Shown: positions 31,022-42,832, numbered from the whole stretch's first letter. The stretch is DNA of 63,068 bases, filler included, from Candidatus Desantisbacteria bacterium CG1_02_49_89 (GCA_001871075.1; 5 parts of 5 records of this genome joined end to end with filler, not necessarily neighbours in it); one strand, 5' to 3'. Notes: generated by a model from the sequence alone, not told the origin. Made by a program: numbers and translations.

Positions 31022-31381
31022 TTGATGCGACAGACTTTCACCAGGGACGAGAGGATCTCCCGCGAGCACGACATCCTGCACACCCTTTACAAAGGAACCC
31101 GCCTGCCAACCCCTCTCGCAAACTACTACTTCGCGGCCAACTCTAAAAACCTCAGAAGGTTGTGCGTGATCGTCAGCAGGCGTATAGGGAACGCGTGCGT
31201 CAGGAACAGGGTCAAAAGGTGCTTCCGTGAAGCGTTCCGCCTGAACAAAAACAATCTTGCCGCCGGCACAGACATCATAGTGAAGATGAACTCTGCCGTC
31301 TCGCAAAAATTCAGTTTTAAAGAAGCCGAGCAGGCCCTGCTTTCCGCCTGCAGGTCAAAGGGTAAACTTGCTAATAAATGA
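31022..31381 (+). CDS. rnpA: Ribonuclease P protein component
   Basis: VSRRIGNACVRNRVKR..RE.FR (RNR motif); follows rpmH. Confidence 0.93.
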   Translation: MMRQTFTRDERISREHDILHTLYKGTRLPTPLANYYFAANSKNLRRLCVIVSRRIGNACVRNRVKRCFREAFRLNKNNLAAGTDIIVKMNSAVSQKFSFKEAEQALLSACRSKGKLANK

Positions 31382-31479
31382 TTACACCGATTTTTAACCA
31401 ATGATTACACCGATTAATGATTCAATGTTAATAACGGACCAATCTGTGTAATCACTCGCGAATGACAGAAGGAATAAAT

Positions 31480-31737
31480 ATGGGCATTCAGGAAAGAGCA
31501 GCGGTTTGGGCGATAGGGTTTTATCAAAGATTCTTATCCCCGCTGAAAGGAAGGACGTGCAGGTTCCATCCGTCCTGCTCGCAGTATGCCGCGTCAGCGA
31601 TACGGGATTTCGGCTTGATCCAGGGCCTGGGGCTTTCCCTGAAAAGGATCCTGAAGTGCCACCCTTTTCATCCGGGCGGATACGACCCGCTCCCCATTAA
31701 GACAGTTAAAGGTTTAAAGTTAAAGGTTGAAGGTTGA
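31480..31737 (+). CDS. yidD: Membrane protein insertion efficiency factor YidD
   Basis: YQRFLSP, CRFHPSCSQY, RILKCHPFHPGGYDP; tail extended by a heptamer array. Confidence 0.95.
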   Translation: MGIQERAAVWAIGFYQRFLSPLKGRTCRFHPSCSQYAASAIRDFGLIQGLGLSLKRILKCHPFHPGGYDPLPIKTVKGLKLKVEG

Positions 31738-31740
31738 AAA

Positions 31741-31957
31741 ACATCACGAAACATAAAGAGCTTTTTACGGGGAACTTAAGAGAACTTAAAAACAAGATTA
31801 CCACGAAAACACGAAAGTGTCACGAAAGCACGAAACAAGCTTAACCACGCGATTTCACACGATTATCACGAGATTAATTTTCTACTTGACACCTGATACT
31901 TGACTCTTGACACTAAAAATAATCACCGTAATCATCTTTCAGAAATCACCGTAATCA
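31741..31957. repeat. Mosaic spacer of five array families between yidD and yidC
   Basis: GGGAACTTA pair (also 51291-51313), CCACGAAA array, CACGAGATT units, CTTGACA array, AATCACCGTAATC pair. Confidence 0.8.
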
Positions 31958-31975
31958 TATTTTCGGGAGGAAGAA

Positions 31976-33532
31976 GTGACAAAAAGACTTATTACCGCGG
32001 TGGGGCTGTCAATAGCGATACTCATCGCATATAATTTCGTTATGAGAAGGTTTTTACAAGCGCCCGCGCCGGTAAATATAACGGGAACAGAACCTTCGGC
32101 GGTTGAAGAGAAAGCCAAGATCCGGGCACAGGAACCCGGAACCCTTGCCCCTGCAGCGGCAATTGAGCCGGGGGAGAGAAAACCCGTGCGCGCGTCATCC
32201 GCGCCGATCCGGGTCGAGACCAAGTTTTATAAAATAGAATTTGCCCCAGATGGCAAAATAGAACATTGGTTTTTAAAAGAATATAAGGGATATGGTCCAA
32301 CCATGCATCGTTTCCTTATTCAATATAGAACCAAACAAGAAACGCCGGTTGATCTTGCGCTCGGAACAGAAACGCTTCCCCGTCGTTATAAGTCTTCAGT
32401 AAGTATGTCAAAAGATAAAAAGAAAGTGATTTTTTTCTCCAAATCAGATGGTATAAAAATCCTAAAGGAAATTACTTTCGAAGAAGAAAAATATTATTCC
32501 ACGATGCACTTTGAGATTGTGAATGAGTCCGGGGATGATCAACGAGATGTGGATATAGAGCTATTCAGGTGGGGGCCCACGATTGCGGACTCAAAAGACC
32601 CCAGGCAGTTGACCTTCATGTCCTACCAGAAGGGCAAATTACTCAAATACAATTCCGGCAAAATAAAAAAAATTGACGAAGATGCCCAGAAAGATGCACT
32701 TTGGTGCTCTATTAATGAAAAACACTTTACAGTTGCACTCCTTCCCCGGGCTCAGGACAAGGATCTTAGTCTTAGTTTGAAAAAAGAGGGCTTTGTGACC
32801 TGCGCCCTTAAAGTGAAAGAAATAGAGAAGGGTAAAAGTATTACCGGTAACCTTAAGATATATGCAGCGCCAAAATCTCACGAGCTCCTTAAAAAAGAAG
32901 GAAGCAACCTTGAGCAGATAGCCAATTTCGGGTTCATAGGCCAGGGGATCTTCTGGCTGCTGAAAGTATTTTACTCGTTCACAAAGAACTACGGGCTTGC
33001 CATAATACTTATTTCCGTCCTTATTAAATTAATATTGCTGCCCCTCAGCTACAGGGGCGCGAAATCCATGCAGGAAATGCAAAGGGTCCAGCCCCAGCTT
33101 GAAATGCTCAAGCAAAGATTTAAACACGACCAGGAAGCCCTGAACCGGGAAACAATGGAGCTTTACAAGAGGCTGAAAATAAACCCGCTCGGGGGCTGCC
33201 TGCCCATAGTGCTGCAGATGCCGGTGTTCTTCGCGCTTTTCTCGGTCCTGCAGAACGCCATCGAGCTGAGGCAGGCCCCGTTCATGTTATGGATACAAGA
33301 CCTGTCAATGCCGGATACTTGGCTCGTGCTTCCCATTGTCATGGGCCTGACAACGTTCCTGCAGCAGAAGATGACGCCTTCAACCTCGTCGCAATCAAAA
33401 GGAATGAGCACCTTTATGACCATATTCCTTACTTTTATATTCCTGAGTTTTCCGGCAGGGCTTGTGCTTTACTGGCTTATCAATAATATTCTTTCCATAG
33501 GGGAACAGTACCTTATTAAAACAAGAGCATAA
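31976..33532 (+). CDS. yidC: Membrane protein insertase YidC (with periplasmic domain)
   Basis: NYGLAII, NPLGGCLP..LQMPVF, ELRQAPF.LWIQDLS, PAGLVLYW..NN. Confidence 0.96.
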   Translation: MTKRLITAVGLSIAILIAYNFVMRRFLQAPAPVNITGTEPSAVEEKAKIRAQEPGTLAPAAAIEPGERKPVRASSAPIRVETKFYKIEFAPDGKIEHWFLKEYKGYGPTMHRFLIQYRTKQETPVDLALGTETLPRRYKSSVSMSKDKKKVIFFSKSDGIKILKEITFEEEKYYSTMHFEIVNESGDDQRDVDIELFRWGPTIADSKDPRQLTFMSYQKGKLLKYNSGKIKKIDEDAQKDALWCSINEKHFTVALLPRAQDKDLSLSLKKEGFVTCALKVKEIEKGKSITGNLKIYAAPKSHELLKKEGSNLEQIANFGFIGQGIFWLLKVFYSFTKNYGLAIILISVLIKLILLPLSYRGAKSMQEMQRVQPQLEMLKQRFKHDQEALNRETMELYKRLKINPLGGCLPIVLQMPVFFALFSVLQNAIELRQAPFMLWIQDLSMPDTWLVLPIVMGLTTFLQQKMTPSTSSQSKGMSTFMTIFLTFIFLSFPAGLVLYWLINNILSIGEQYLIKTRA

Positions 33533-33533
33533 T

Positions 33534-33610
33534 TGGTTTCCTGGTTTGTCGGTTCGCTGGTTTATCGGTTCAAAACCAGCCAACCAGCCAACCGGAGAAC
33601 CAGCTAACCG
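33534..33610. repeat. TGGTTNNC octamer array and inverted AACCAGCC array
   Basis: Five forward and five reverse units filling the yidC-jag spacer; related array at 4351-4380. Confidence 0.85.
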
Positions 33611-33619
33611 AGGGACAAC

Positions 33620-34318
33620 ATGATGATAGAACAGGAAGGAGAGACAGTTGAGGCCGCTGTTGAAGCGGCGCTCCAGAAACTGGGGCTTCCGAAGGAAAAG
33701 GTAAAGATAGAAATCGTGGCAGAGCCCAGGAAAGGCGTTTTCGGGCTGGGCGCAAGACCCGCGCTTGTAAGGGCCACGGTTGCCGAGGTCGGTAAGGAAA
33801 AAGAACCTGCGCAGGCCGAAACGCCAAAAGCCGCGCAGGCCGAAACGCCAAAAGCCGCCGCAGGCAAGGAAGAAGAGTTTGTGATCGGGTTCCTGGACAG
33901 GGTGCTTGAGGGGATATGCCTTAAATCCAAGTTCAAGGCCTCCGCGGTCGACGATAAGACAACCCGCATAGAAATTACCTGCTCGGACAGCGCTCTCCTT
34001 ATCGGGAAAAAAGGCAAAAACCTGGAGGCGCTGCAGTACCTGGTCACGATAATCTCAAACAAGGCAGGCGTGGACAGGCTAAGGTTCGTCCTGGACGCTG
34101 AGGGATATAGGGGCAGGAGAAAAGAATCTCTGACAACGCTCGCGAAGAAAGTGGCGGAGGATGTAAGGAAAACAGGAAGGCCTGTAAGCCTTGAGCCCAT
34201 GAACTCCTTCGAGAGAAGGATCGTGCACATGTTCCTTGAAAACGACCAGGAAGTAATGACGGAGAGCACCGGCAGGGGAGAAGACAGGCGCGTCGTTATA
34301 AAACCGAAACACAAATAA
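33620..34318 (+). CDS. jag: Jag/KhpB (EloR) RNA-binding protein
   Basis: Jag_N (GETVEAAV), KH ([15 protein letters not shown]), R3H ([10 protein letters not shown]). Confidence 0.95.
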   Translation: MMIEQEGETVEAAVEAALQKLGLPKEKVKIEIVAEPRKGVFGLGARPALVRATVAEVGKEKEPAQAETPKAAQAETPKAAAGKEEEFVIGFLDRVLEGICLKSKFKASAVDDKTTRIEITCSDSALLIGKKGKNLEALQYLVTIISNKAGVDRLRFVLDAEGYRGRRKESLTTLAKKVAEDVRKTGRPVSLEPMNSFERRIVHMFLENDQEVMTESTGRGEDRRVVIKPKHK

Positions 34319-34328
34319 AGTTAAAAAT

Positions 34329-34467
34329 CGTCGAACGTCGTAAGTCGTACGTCTTACGTAAATACCGTCATGCGTCGCAGGTCTTACGTTTTAAGGATTC
34401 ATACGCACGACATAAGACGCTCGACATTCGATGTGAAACGTACGACGCTCGACGTATGACGTACGAC
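34329..34467. repeat. CGTCGTA-type arrays, forward then inverted
   Basis: About 7 forward and 9 reverse heptamers. Confidence 0.9.
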
Positions 34468-34482
34468 AAGACCGGAGGACTG

Positions 34483-35259
34483 ATGAAGATAGGGGTAATG
34501 CTGCCAAACCTTAAGCTTCCGACAAAGAAGGCGCTTAAGAAAGCCGCGGAAATGAAGATGGACGGCATACAGCTGTGGACCACCGGGGGCGACCTTGACC
34601 CGGAGAAGATGGGCGGGACGGCAAGAGACAACCTTATCCACTTCGTCGGCTCGCTGGGCCTGGAGATCTCAGCGCTGTGCGGTGACCTGGGGCACGGTTT
34701 CAGCGACGAGACCGACCTTGAAAAAAGGGTGAAGCTCACAAAGAAGATTCTGGACCTGAGCGTGGACCTGAGAAGCCCCATAATGACAACGCATATCGGC
34801 GTGGTGCCGGAAGACGCGAACGCAAAGGAATACAAGCTTATGATGCAGGTGCTCAAGGATGTGGGGAAATACGCCGCGGAGATAGAAACCTGCATTGCGG
34901 CGGAAACAGGCCCGGAAACAGCGGAGACCCTCGCGAAATTCCTGAAAGAACTCAACAGCCCCGGGGTAAAGGTAAACTTTGACCCGGCGAACCTTGTTAT
35001 GTGCATGGGGGCAGACCCTGTCAACGGGGTGCAGGTATTAAAGGACTACATAGTTCACACGCACGCGAAAGACGGCATAAAGCTTGAAAACGGATGGAAA
35101 GAAGTTCCTCTGGGCGAGGGCGGAGTTCCCTGGAAAGAATATATAGCCGCGCTCAAGGGCATAGGCTTTGAGGGGTTCCTGGCGATAGAGCGTGAGGTCG
35201 GGGATAACCCGGCGGCTGACATCGAGAAAGCAAGGGACTTCTTAAGAAGCGTGCTTTAA
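34483..35259 (+). CDS. Sugar phosphate isomerase/epimerase (xylose isomerase-like TIM barrel)
   Basis: [41 protein letters not shown]. Confidence 0.9.
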   Translation: MKIGVMLPNLKLPTKKALKKAAEMKMDGIQLWTTGGDLDPEKMGGTARDNLIHFVGSLGLEISALCGDLGHGFSDETDLEKRVKLTKKILDLSVDLRSPIMTTHIGVVPEDANAKEYKLMMQVLKDVGKYAAEIETCIAAETGPETAETLAKFLKELNSPGVKVNFDPANLVMCMGADPVNGVQVLKDYIVHTHAKDGIKLENGWKEVPLGEGGVPWKEYIAALKGIGFEGFLAIEREVGDNPAADIEKARDFLRSVL

Positions 35260-35366
35260 TAAAAGGCTGAAGGGCTGAAGAGCTGAAGAGATAAAGGGCT
35301 GAAGGGTTAAAAACTTCCCGGAGCCCTTTTTTAAAATATGCGCGATCATTTTCAGGAGGAGAATCA

Positions 35367-37297
35367 ATGAAAAAAAGGCTGATATTATCAGTATTACTTG
35401 CGGCCGTCCTGTATTTTGCCGGCGCAAATACCGCTGAGTCCGCGGGAGTGCTTGTCAGGGTGGATTCCCTTTCAAGCGGAGGCTTCAATCCATCCGCTGG
35501 AGAGAAAAGTGTCCTCACGTTCGCGGTCATCGAGGACACGACCGTAAATGTCGTAGTCAGGGTTTTCACAATGTCGGGCATAATGGCGGCTGAGAAAAAA
35601 ATAGACGGGCTGAGGGCGGGGAAATATAAATTCACCTGGGACGGCAAAGACACAAAAGGGAAAATAGCGGAGCCGGGCTTTTACAAATACGAACTGGCAG
35701 CCTCTACCGCGAACAAGCTGAAAACAGACGCGGACAACACGCTTGTGGAAGTCAGGAAAGCAAAAGCAGGAAAGGAAGAAGCGGCTGCCGAAGAGCTGCC
35801 CCCTGCCCTTTATGAAATGGCGGGCGAGCAGGCGGGTTACAGCTTTACGGCGGAGCCACGGGGGCACTTCAGGACCTCCACCGGAGCTGACACAGGCGGC
35901 GTTACCTGGAACAGAGAAGAAATATTTTTCGGGATAAAAGGCGGATACGGTCCGATGTGGGTTTATGACATGGCGTTCTTCCCGTCCTATACGAAAGACC
36001 AGGCGTTTGCCCGGGATAACCTTGTTTACAATATGCTTATCGGGTACAGGACGCCGTGGGCGGCGTTCGACCTTGGATACAGGAATTACCTGGAAGGATA
36101 CTACGATCCCTTAAGGCTGCTGTCGGATTATATGATGGGGTCCCAGCGCCTCAGTTTCCAGGCAAGGCTGAACCTCCTTGAAAATCTGTATATTGACGCG
36201 GGCATCCACAGGATGATGGAGTTAAACCAGGGCGGGTTTGACGTCAGGGCGACTTACGACATATGGAACGGAATAAAAGCCGGGGGTGTGTTATAACGAA
36301 CCTGTATCCGCTCTACAGGAACACGGTGATCGGCGGAGACGCAAGGATTGACCTGGGCGGGTTCACCCCGGCTGAGGGAACTGTTTTTTCCATTCAGGTT
36401 GCGCGCAGCAACGGGGCGACAAAGCTTGACGACACGCATCCGGAGTCAACCTTCGGCGGCACCGCAATAAGGTTCGAAGCGGACCACAGGCTTTTCTATA
36501 TGTCCCCCAGCGCGGGAGAACTGACGATAAAATTCGCGGCCCAAAAAATAGACGGGGCGTTTGTCGCGGATTACGGGGATATCCCCAACGGCATTGACAC
36601 AGTGGGGACCGAGTTCGGGTTCGACTATTTTTTAAATCCAAACTTCCCTATCCTCCGCAGTTTCAGGAACGAGCTTAAAGGGGTATTTTTAGGCAACACC
36701 GGCAATACGATCATAACCAACAAGCTGAGGGAATATATTTCGCTGGGGATCACGGAAAGCTTAGGTTTTATTGCCCAGTATGAGCAGTCCACCATGGACA
36801 ACAAGTCCGTAATAAACACGGCGCCAATCTGCAGGAATTACAACACCTTCGTAGAACTGCGCTATTATAAGCCCGGGGGCAAATTTGAAACGTCCCTCAG
36901 GGCAACATACACTGCCGATACATACACGGCACTCCCTTCGCAGAGCGAAAACGCCGCGACAAGGTTCCTGGCAAAGTATTACATAACGCCAAACGTAAGG
37001 CCCTACATCACCTATGAAAGGATCAGCAGGTATTACGGGCCGGGGCTTACTTCAAACCAGGACTACCACCATATAATGCCGGGCTTTGAATGGACGATAA
37101 GGCCCGCAACAAGGACGGAGATGGCGATCCAGGGCGGCTACGTTATAAACAACCTGAATTTTAATGTCGGGACGTATTATCTAAAGCTCTCCCACTACTT
37201 CCTGGAAAGGCTCAGCGCCATGCTTACTATCGGCAGTCAGACAAGCATTGACCAGGCGTTCAGGGCATACCTGGAAGTGAAGTGGGAATTTTTGTAA
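35367..37297 (+). pseudogene. Secreted FlgD-Ig + probable beta-barrel protein, frameshifted near 36282-36291
   Basis: Signal peptide; FNPS...AGKYKFTWDGKD..G....PGFY.Y (FlgD-Ig); ORFs 35367-36296 and 36263-37297 join by removing one GT or adding one G; ends YLEVKWEFL. Confidence 0.75.
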
Positions 37298-37429
37298 AGA
37301 TGATTACCCCTACTGCTTTCTCATGAAAGTCCCAAAGGGATTCCTTTGGAACAAGACGCAGGGGGTCCTTTATGGACACAGATTTCAGAAGCGAGATTAT
37401 ATAGATTAAGGACGGGAGGAAACACAAAA

Positions 37430-38356
37430 ATGAAAAGAATAATATTAATAACTATTGTTATTATTTCTGGAGTTATTTTTTCTGCTAATGCTCAGGAGAA
37501 AAAAATAACTGCCGCAGTAATGGACCTTGAGGCAAAAGAAGGCATTTCTGCGGGGCTGGTGTCTACGCTGTCGGATTATTTCCGCACCCAGCTTGTTAAT
37601 ACAAATGAGTTTACAATGGTAACACGCGAAAATATGCAGGAAATATTAAAAGAACAGAAGTTCCAACTTTCGGGGTGCACAAGTAAAGAATGCATAGTAG
37701 AAGTGGGTCAACTACTCGGTGTCAGAAAAATATTCGCGGGATCTATAGGGAAAGCAGGAGCCACCTATGTCTTAAATATTAAACTTATTGATGTACAGTC
37801 CGGCAAGATAGAAAAAGCAACAACGGAAGAATGCGCCAAGTGCGAAGAAGACACGCTGCTCGTTTCTGTTAAAAACATTACAGGCAAAATAACAGGAATA
37901 GGTGTAGCAGAAAAGGCAGAAGAGAAACAAACAAAGCCAAAAGAGGTAACCGAAAAGAAAACAGCGGTTACAAAAACAATCGTAATTCCTACGTCCGCAG
38001 AACGAAAAGAAGTAGAGGTTTCAAGGCCGATGGGGATTGCTGAAAAAAACATGCTGGCAAAAGCGAACCAGCTCTACGAGCAGGGAAAATACGACGACGC
38101 TTTGGGAGCCTACCAGGAGTTAAGGGACAAATATATTGACAATGCCCTTGCGTGGTACGGAATGGGCGCGGTGTTTTATGCGAATAAAATGTATGACAAG
38201 GCGATCGACAGGTTTCAGACAGCGATCAAGCTGGACCCAAACCTTACTACAGCAATGCACTGGCTCGGTAATGCCTATGAAAAAAAAGGGAATAAACAGG
38301 AAGCGGCAAAATACCGGAAAATGGCCCTGGAAAAAGATTTAAAAACGAAGAGATAA
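37430..38356 (+). CDS. Secreted CsgG/TolB_N-like domain + TPR protein
   Basis: Signal peptide; AVMDL, RENMQEILKEQKFQLSGC, EVGQLLGV, GSIGK.G..Y.LNIKLIDVQSG; C-terminal TPRs. Confidence 0.8.
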   Translation: MKRIILITIVIISGVIFSANAQEKKITAAVMDLEAKEGISAGLVSTLSDYFRTQLVNTNEFTMVTRENMQEILKEQKFQLSGCTSKECIVEVGQLLGVRKIFAGSIGKAGATYVLNIKLIDVQSGKIEKATTEECAKCEEDTLLVSVKNITGKITGIGVAEKAEEKQTKPKEVTEKKTAVTKTIVIPTSAERKEVEVSRPMGIAEKNMLAKANQLYEQGKYDDALGAYQELRDKYIDNALAWYGMGAVFYANKMYDKAIDRFQTAIKLDPNLTTAMHWLGNAYEKKGNKQEAAKYRKMALEKDLKTKR

Positions 38357-38384
38357 AAAATAATTTGAAAGCAGCGGGGGTAAA

Positions 38385-41300
38385 ATGAAAAAAATAGTAA
38401 TACTTATTTTTGGCCTACTTATGGCAAGCAGCGCTTTTGCCCAGATGGAAACGGTCAAGGATGAATATATAAGCACCACCAATATTCCTGCGGACCTGTC
38501 AAGCAGGGTGATCACAAGCGGCGGCGTGGACGAAAACGAAGCCTATAAAGCGGGATGGAGCAGCGCGAATGAAGTGTGGGGGCTTGAGGGTGCGGGATTA
38601 ACCCTTCTTGAAGAAGTCGGCGAGGTCGGGGCGCTGAAAACAATAAACGAGTATTGCGGCGAAATGGGGCTCGGGCTTGCGTTTATACAGTTGGGGCTTG
38701 ACCTTTCAGAGGGCAAGAAAACAGAGGGCTGGCTGAATTTCACGAAAAATTCGTTCAATTATGCGATCGGCAAATGGGGGTGGCAGAGCCTGAAAATTGC
38801 CTCCTGCGGGGTCGCCTTTATTGATTATGCCCTTAACAAATTCGGGAATACGGTGCTCGGATGGAAATATACCGCATGGGAATCAGCCTATACAAGGTAT
38901 TTCAATATAGGGCCCGGAAAACGCAGCCTTACGGAATGGAGGCAGGTTTTCCAGGGGGTTAAAAGCCAGGAAGACATAATGGGCAGGATCAACCAGCACC
39001 TTGATACATTTGACTGGAGTTATGATACGCTGAAAACATGGACGGCAGAACCCAGCGGCCTTGTTTTCGCCGAACCATTGCAGGAGGACAAGGAAAAAAT
39101 AAGGGGGAGCTATTTAAATACTTATCTCCTGACCTACCTCAGGGCGTTGTTCTTAACCCTGCAGAAGGAAGCAAATTACCAGGCATGGAAAGCCACCCAG
39201 GATGCCTACCAAAAGTCCAAAAAGGTCCTGAACACTGTTTACAAACTGCAGGTCAAGGTTGTAGGGCCGAAAACAAAGATCGCCGGGCTGAAGGTTGCCA
39301 TCAACAAATGGGAAGGCGCGACTGACGCAAACGGCGTCTGGAAAATATCGTATACCCTTTACGGTTTTATTAAAGGCGGCGGCTCTGAAATTATCCTGTA
39401 CGTTCCTTCAGAAAAGCAGGGAATAAAGGAACTCAAAGAGAAAATGGTCCTTAAGAAGGACGCAACCGTTGTTTTTTAGCTCGGAGGGGTCGCCGATGTG
39501 AAGGGAACGGTTACGGACGAAGCAACCAAGGACCCGGTTAAGGGGGCAAAGGTCGGTATCGCGGCGGCAAAGGTATCGGCCGCGACGGACGCTTCAGGCC
39601 AGTACCTGATGAAAGACGTGCCCAACGGCGATTACCAGGTGGCAGCAGAGCACCGCGCTTATGAAAAGAAAAGCGTTCCTTTGAAAGTGGAAGTTCCCGA
39701 GGGAGAAAAAACCAAACAGACCTTAGAGCTGGACATTGCCCTTAAGCCCCTCCCGCCGTCCGTGCAGATACTTTCTCCCAAAGAGGGAGAAGTGGTGCCC
39801 GGCAAAGGCGCAGGGCCCATAATAGTGGCCGTAAAAGCCCTGGTGGGCGGGGGCGGCGCAGCGAAAAAAGAAGCAATAAAAATGCTTTTTGACGGAAAGG
39901 AAGTCGATTTTGATTATAATGAAAATAACGGGAATATCTCTTATACCTCTCCGCCTTTGGCCGAAGACATTCCGACCAAGGCAAAGCATACAGTGACGGT
40001 CACCGCGGAGGTGACCGACGAAAAAGGGCAGAAAAAGACCGTTTCCAAGACAGTCAATTTCACAGCGGGCATCCGTCCGGAAATTACGGGGCTTGGGTTT
40101 AATAAAAAATTCCTCGAGGATCCCGCGAAGGAACCGCTCCTGACAGGACAGGCTTTTGATGAGCACAGCGGCCCCAACGCTGGCTCAGTGCTGCTCCTGC
40201 TTGACGGAACCCCTGTCAAGATGGAATACGGGAACGAAAACCCGCAGAGCATACTCATTTATTATTTCCACCGCGGCGCGGCCTTAAGGGGCGGGACGCA
40301 TATCGTGACGGTGTCTTTGAGCGACAACGCGGGAATACCCTCAAAGCCAAGGACCATAAATTTTGACGTGCCGGGCCCCAACATCCAGCTCGTGAAGCCC
40401 GTTAATGTAGGCAAGGTTATTTCCGGGGACGCGTTCGGCCTGCCCCTTGTTGTAAGGAACGCGGGCAACGGCCCGGCGCAGAACCTCAGGGGCGTGCTTA
40501 TGTGCAACGACAGGCAGTACGCGACAGTTACAACAGCAAATGCTTCATTCGGAACCCTTGACCCCGGGCTTGAGGCCTCAAATGCGCCGCTGTTCAACGT
40601 TAAAACAGCGCAGAACCTTGGTAACCCGGAGAACGGAGAGCCGGTTTACGCGAACTTCACCCTGCGCACATACCAGGCCGGAGATCCCAAGCAGTTCTGG
40701 CAGGACAATTTCTCTATCCCCATCTATCCGGGCGAGATGGCCGGCGGTATAGTCTATGTAAAACTGATACACGGCACGTATATGTCCGGGGACTGGCCTA
40801 TACACACAGCTAACCAGAGAGTGTGCCTTGACGGGACAGGCGGGAACTTCATCGCGATATCCGACGGCTCCGGAAACGCTGTGTTCCAGAACATACCGCC
40901 AGGCGATTACAGGACCTATGTGCCAAGCTGGTATACTTACGGCGCGAAGCTGGGTGAATACGAGAAATTTGTCACAGTAGTGGCAGGCCAGGAAGCAAGG
41001 GCGACCCTGAAAGGCTCCTGCCCTTACCTGTTCGTTTGGGACGGGAAGGATTATGTAAAGGATAATGACATATACTCTGTCGCGAACGCGCAGGGATCCG
41101 TGGGTTCTCCTTTCGCGTTCAACGAGGCTGTGGCGGCGAAATTCGGTTACACCGATTATTATAAGCTGGAGAAGAAACTTGCTGAGCGCGACGGTTTCTA
41201 TCCCCTGATGCTTGAAGAGGTCAGGAACGAAATTTCGCACACAGACATGCTGTCGCTTTGGGTGGTTGATCATGCCAGTGGAACAAAGGTCCTCTGCGAT

Positions 41301-42002
41301 ACGGACGGCAGGATCATGACCTACCGGTCTATGCTCAACCCGCTTGAGGCAAATATCAGTAACGGCGCAGGCACCGGGCAGATACGCTCGCTCGGTTCCA
41401 GAGACGGAAAAGGATGGAGAGCCTATAATAACGACAGCATTGACATCGTGTTCGGCGGGCTCAAAGAAGCCGGGGACGCAAAACTCATTGTTTACTGGAA
41501 AGGATTCCAGGACGGAGCGGGGAAAGAGGAGAACGCCTGCAGCTTATCCAGGCCTTCGTTAAAAGTATATGTGAAATCAGGCAATGAGTGGAAGGAAGCC
41601 GGGAAAGTCTATCCGAGAATGGAATGGGCCCACTCAGTGGTTGATATTTCCGGATTAACCGGTTTGACCGGGAAAGTGACCCTGCGCATAACCGCAAGCT
41701 CCTGCCACAGGGATAAATACCATCTCGTTGATTTCATCGGGCTGGGTTTCGGCGGGACGGAACAGGCGCGGGTCATAAAACTTGCCCCGGCCATGGTGTT
41801 CCATTCAACGCTGGGCGATGTTACGGCTAAGATCTCCGTAAGCGATGACTCAAGCGTCGAAATGGTGCCCGGCGAAAAAATGACGGTTTCATTCCCGTAT
41901 ACGGAAAAAACCACCGGTTCAGAACGCAGCTTCATATTCGTTTCCGAGGGGTATTATAACTCCATTACAGACAGCACCGTCGCGGTGCGGCTCGGAAAAT
42001 AG
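38385..42002 (+). pseudogene. Large secreted multidomain protein with in-frame TAG at 39477-39479
   Basis: ORFs 38385-39479 and 39498-42002 share a frame (DATVVF*LGGVADVKGTV); signal peptide, helical N-domain, carboxypeptidase-regulatory-like and Ig-like domains, GSCPYLFVWDG module. Confidence 0.75.
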
Positions 42003-42181
42003 AAATAACGCACGTTGTTCGTCGTGCATCGTCCCTCGCAACATCGTTTAAATCTGTGGTTATATCAGTGTCAAGGGTCAAGTATCAAGTAAAAACCGTA
42101 ATCTCTGGGTTCTCTGTGGTTAATTTTCGTGCCTTCGTGACACTTTCGTGATTTCGTGGAAATCTTTTGCCCGTGGAGACC

Positions 42182-42664
42182 ATGAAGAGAATATTGTTTA
42201 TCCTTATTGGGCTGCTGTTCGCGGCTGCGGCTTGCAGGGCGGAGGACACTGATCCGTGTAAGTCCACGGATGCTCTGGTCGCAATGTTCAAAAAGGCATA
42301 CAGCTCAGAAGACACCGCGGCGCTGATGAAATACGTCTGGTATAACTCACCGAAGGGCAGCAAGGTCCTGCAGAGGTCGCGGGAGGAGTTTGCCAGATAC
42401 GATTCGATCACTTTCGAGCTACGGCCTGTTTCAACCGTGTTTTATAAGAGGATGGGATACGAAAACGTCGAGATCCGCTTTATAGAGGATTTCAGGGGTG
42501 TTGATGTCGGCACAAAGAGCTTTGATGAAAGTTCCTGCATGAGCGTCTTTACCCTGTTCAAGGATTTTGACGGCACATTTTATATTCTTAACTGGGAAAG
42601 AAAGGGAACGATCCCCATGATAAAAATACAGAAAACCACTTCTCCCTCAACACCCGGTACTTAA
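42182..42664 (+). CDS. Secreted hypothetical protein (possibly NTF2-like)
   Basis: GGAG RBS, MKRILFILIGLLFAAAACRA signal peptide. Confidence 0.7.
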   Translation: MKRILFILIGLLFAAAACRAEDTDPCKSTDALVAMFKKAYSSEDTAALMKYVWYNSPKGSKVLQRSREEFARYDSITFELRPVSTVFYKRMGYENVEIRFIEDFRGVDVGTKSFDESSCMSVFTLFKDFDGTFYILNWERKGTIPMIKIQKTTSPSTPGT

Positions 42665-42717
42665 ACCAGCGGAAAACCGGCTATTTTTAAAGGCAATAAC
42701 TTCGGTCTGCGTAAAAG

Positions 42718-42746
42718 AAACCGCTGCTATTATCAGCGGTTTTTTT
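42718..42746 (+). terminator. Rho-independent terminator
   Basis: AAACCGCTG-loop-CAGCGGTTT plus T run. Confidence 0.8.
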
Positions 42747-42753
42747 ATTTATC

Positions 42754-42782
42754 TTGATTTTATTATGAATTTATGTTATAAT
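42754..42782 (+). promoter_or_regulatory. sigma70-type promoter with extended -10
   Basis: TTGATT N17 (TGt) TATAAT. Confidence 0.7.
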
Positions 42783-42832
42783 ATTATATTTATAAGACTT
42801 TCTTAAATGAAGCCTGATTACAGTGATAGAAA

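Noticed and set aside
33809-33856. 24-bp tandem duplication in jag (AQAETPKA x2)
   Set aside because: In-frame duplication in a variable linker; ordinary slippage
39477-39479. Pyrrolysine or TAG recoding
   Set aside because: TAG ends ordinary genes here (gap, tpiA, comF, yqeY) and no pyl genes are visible; a point mutation or error is simpler
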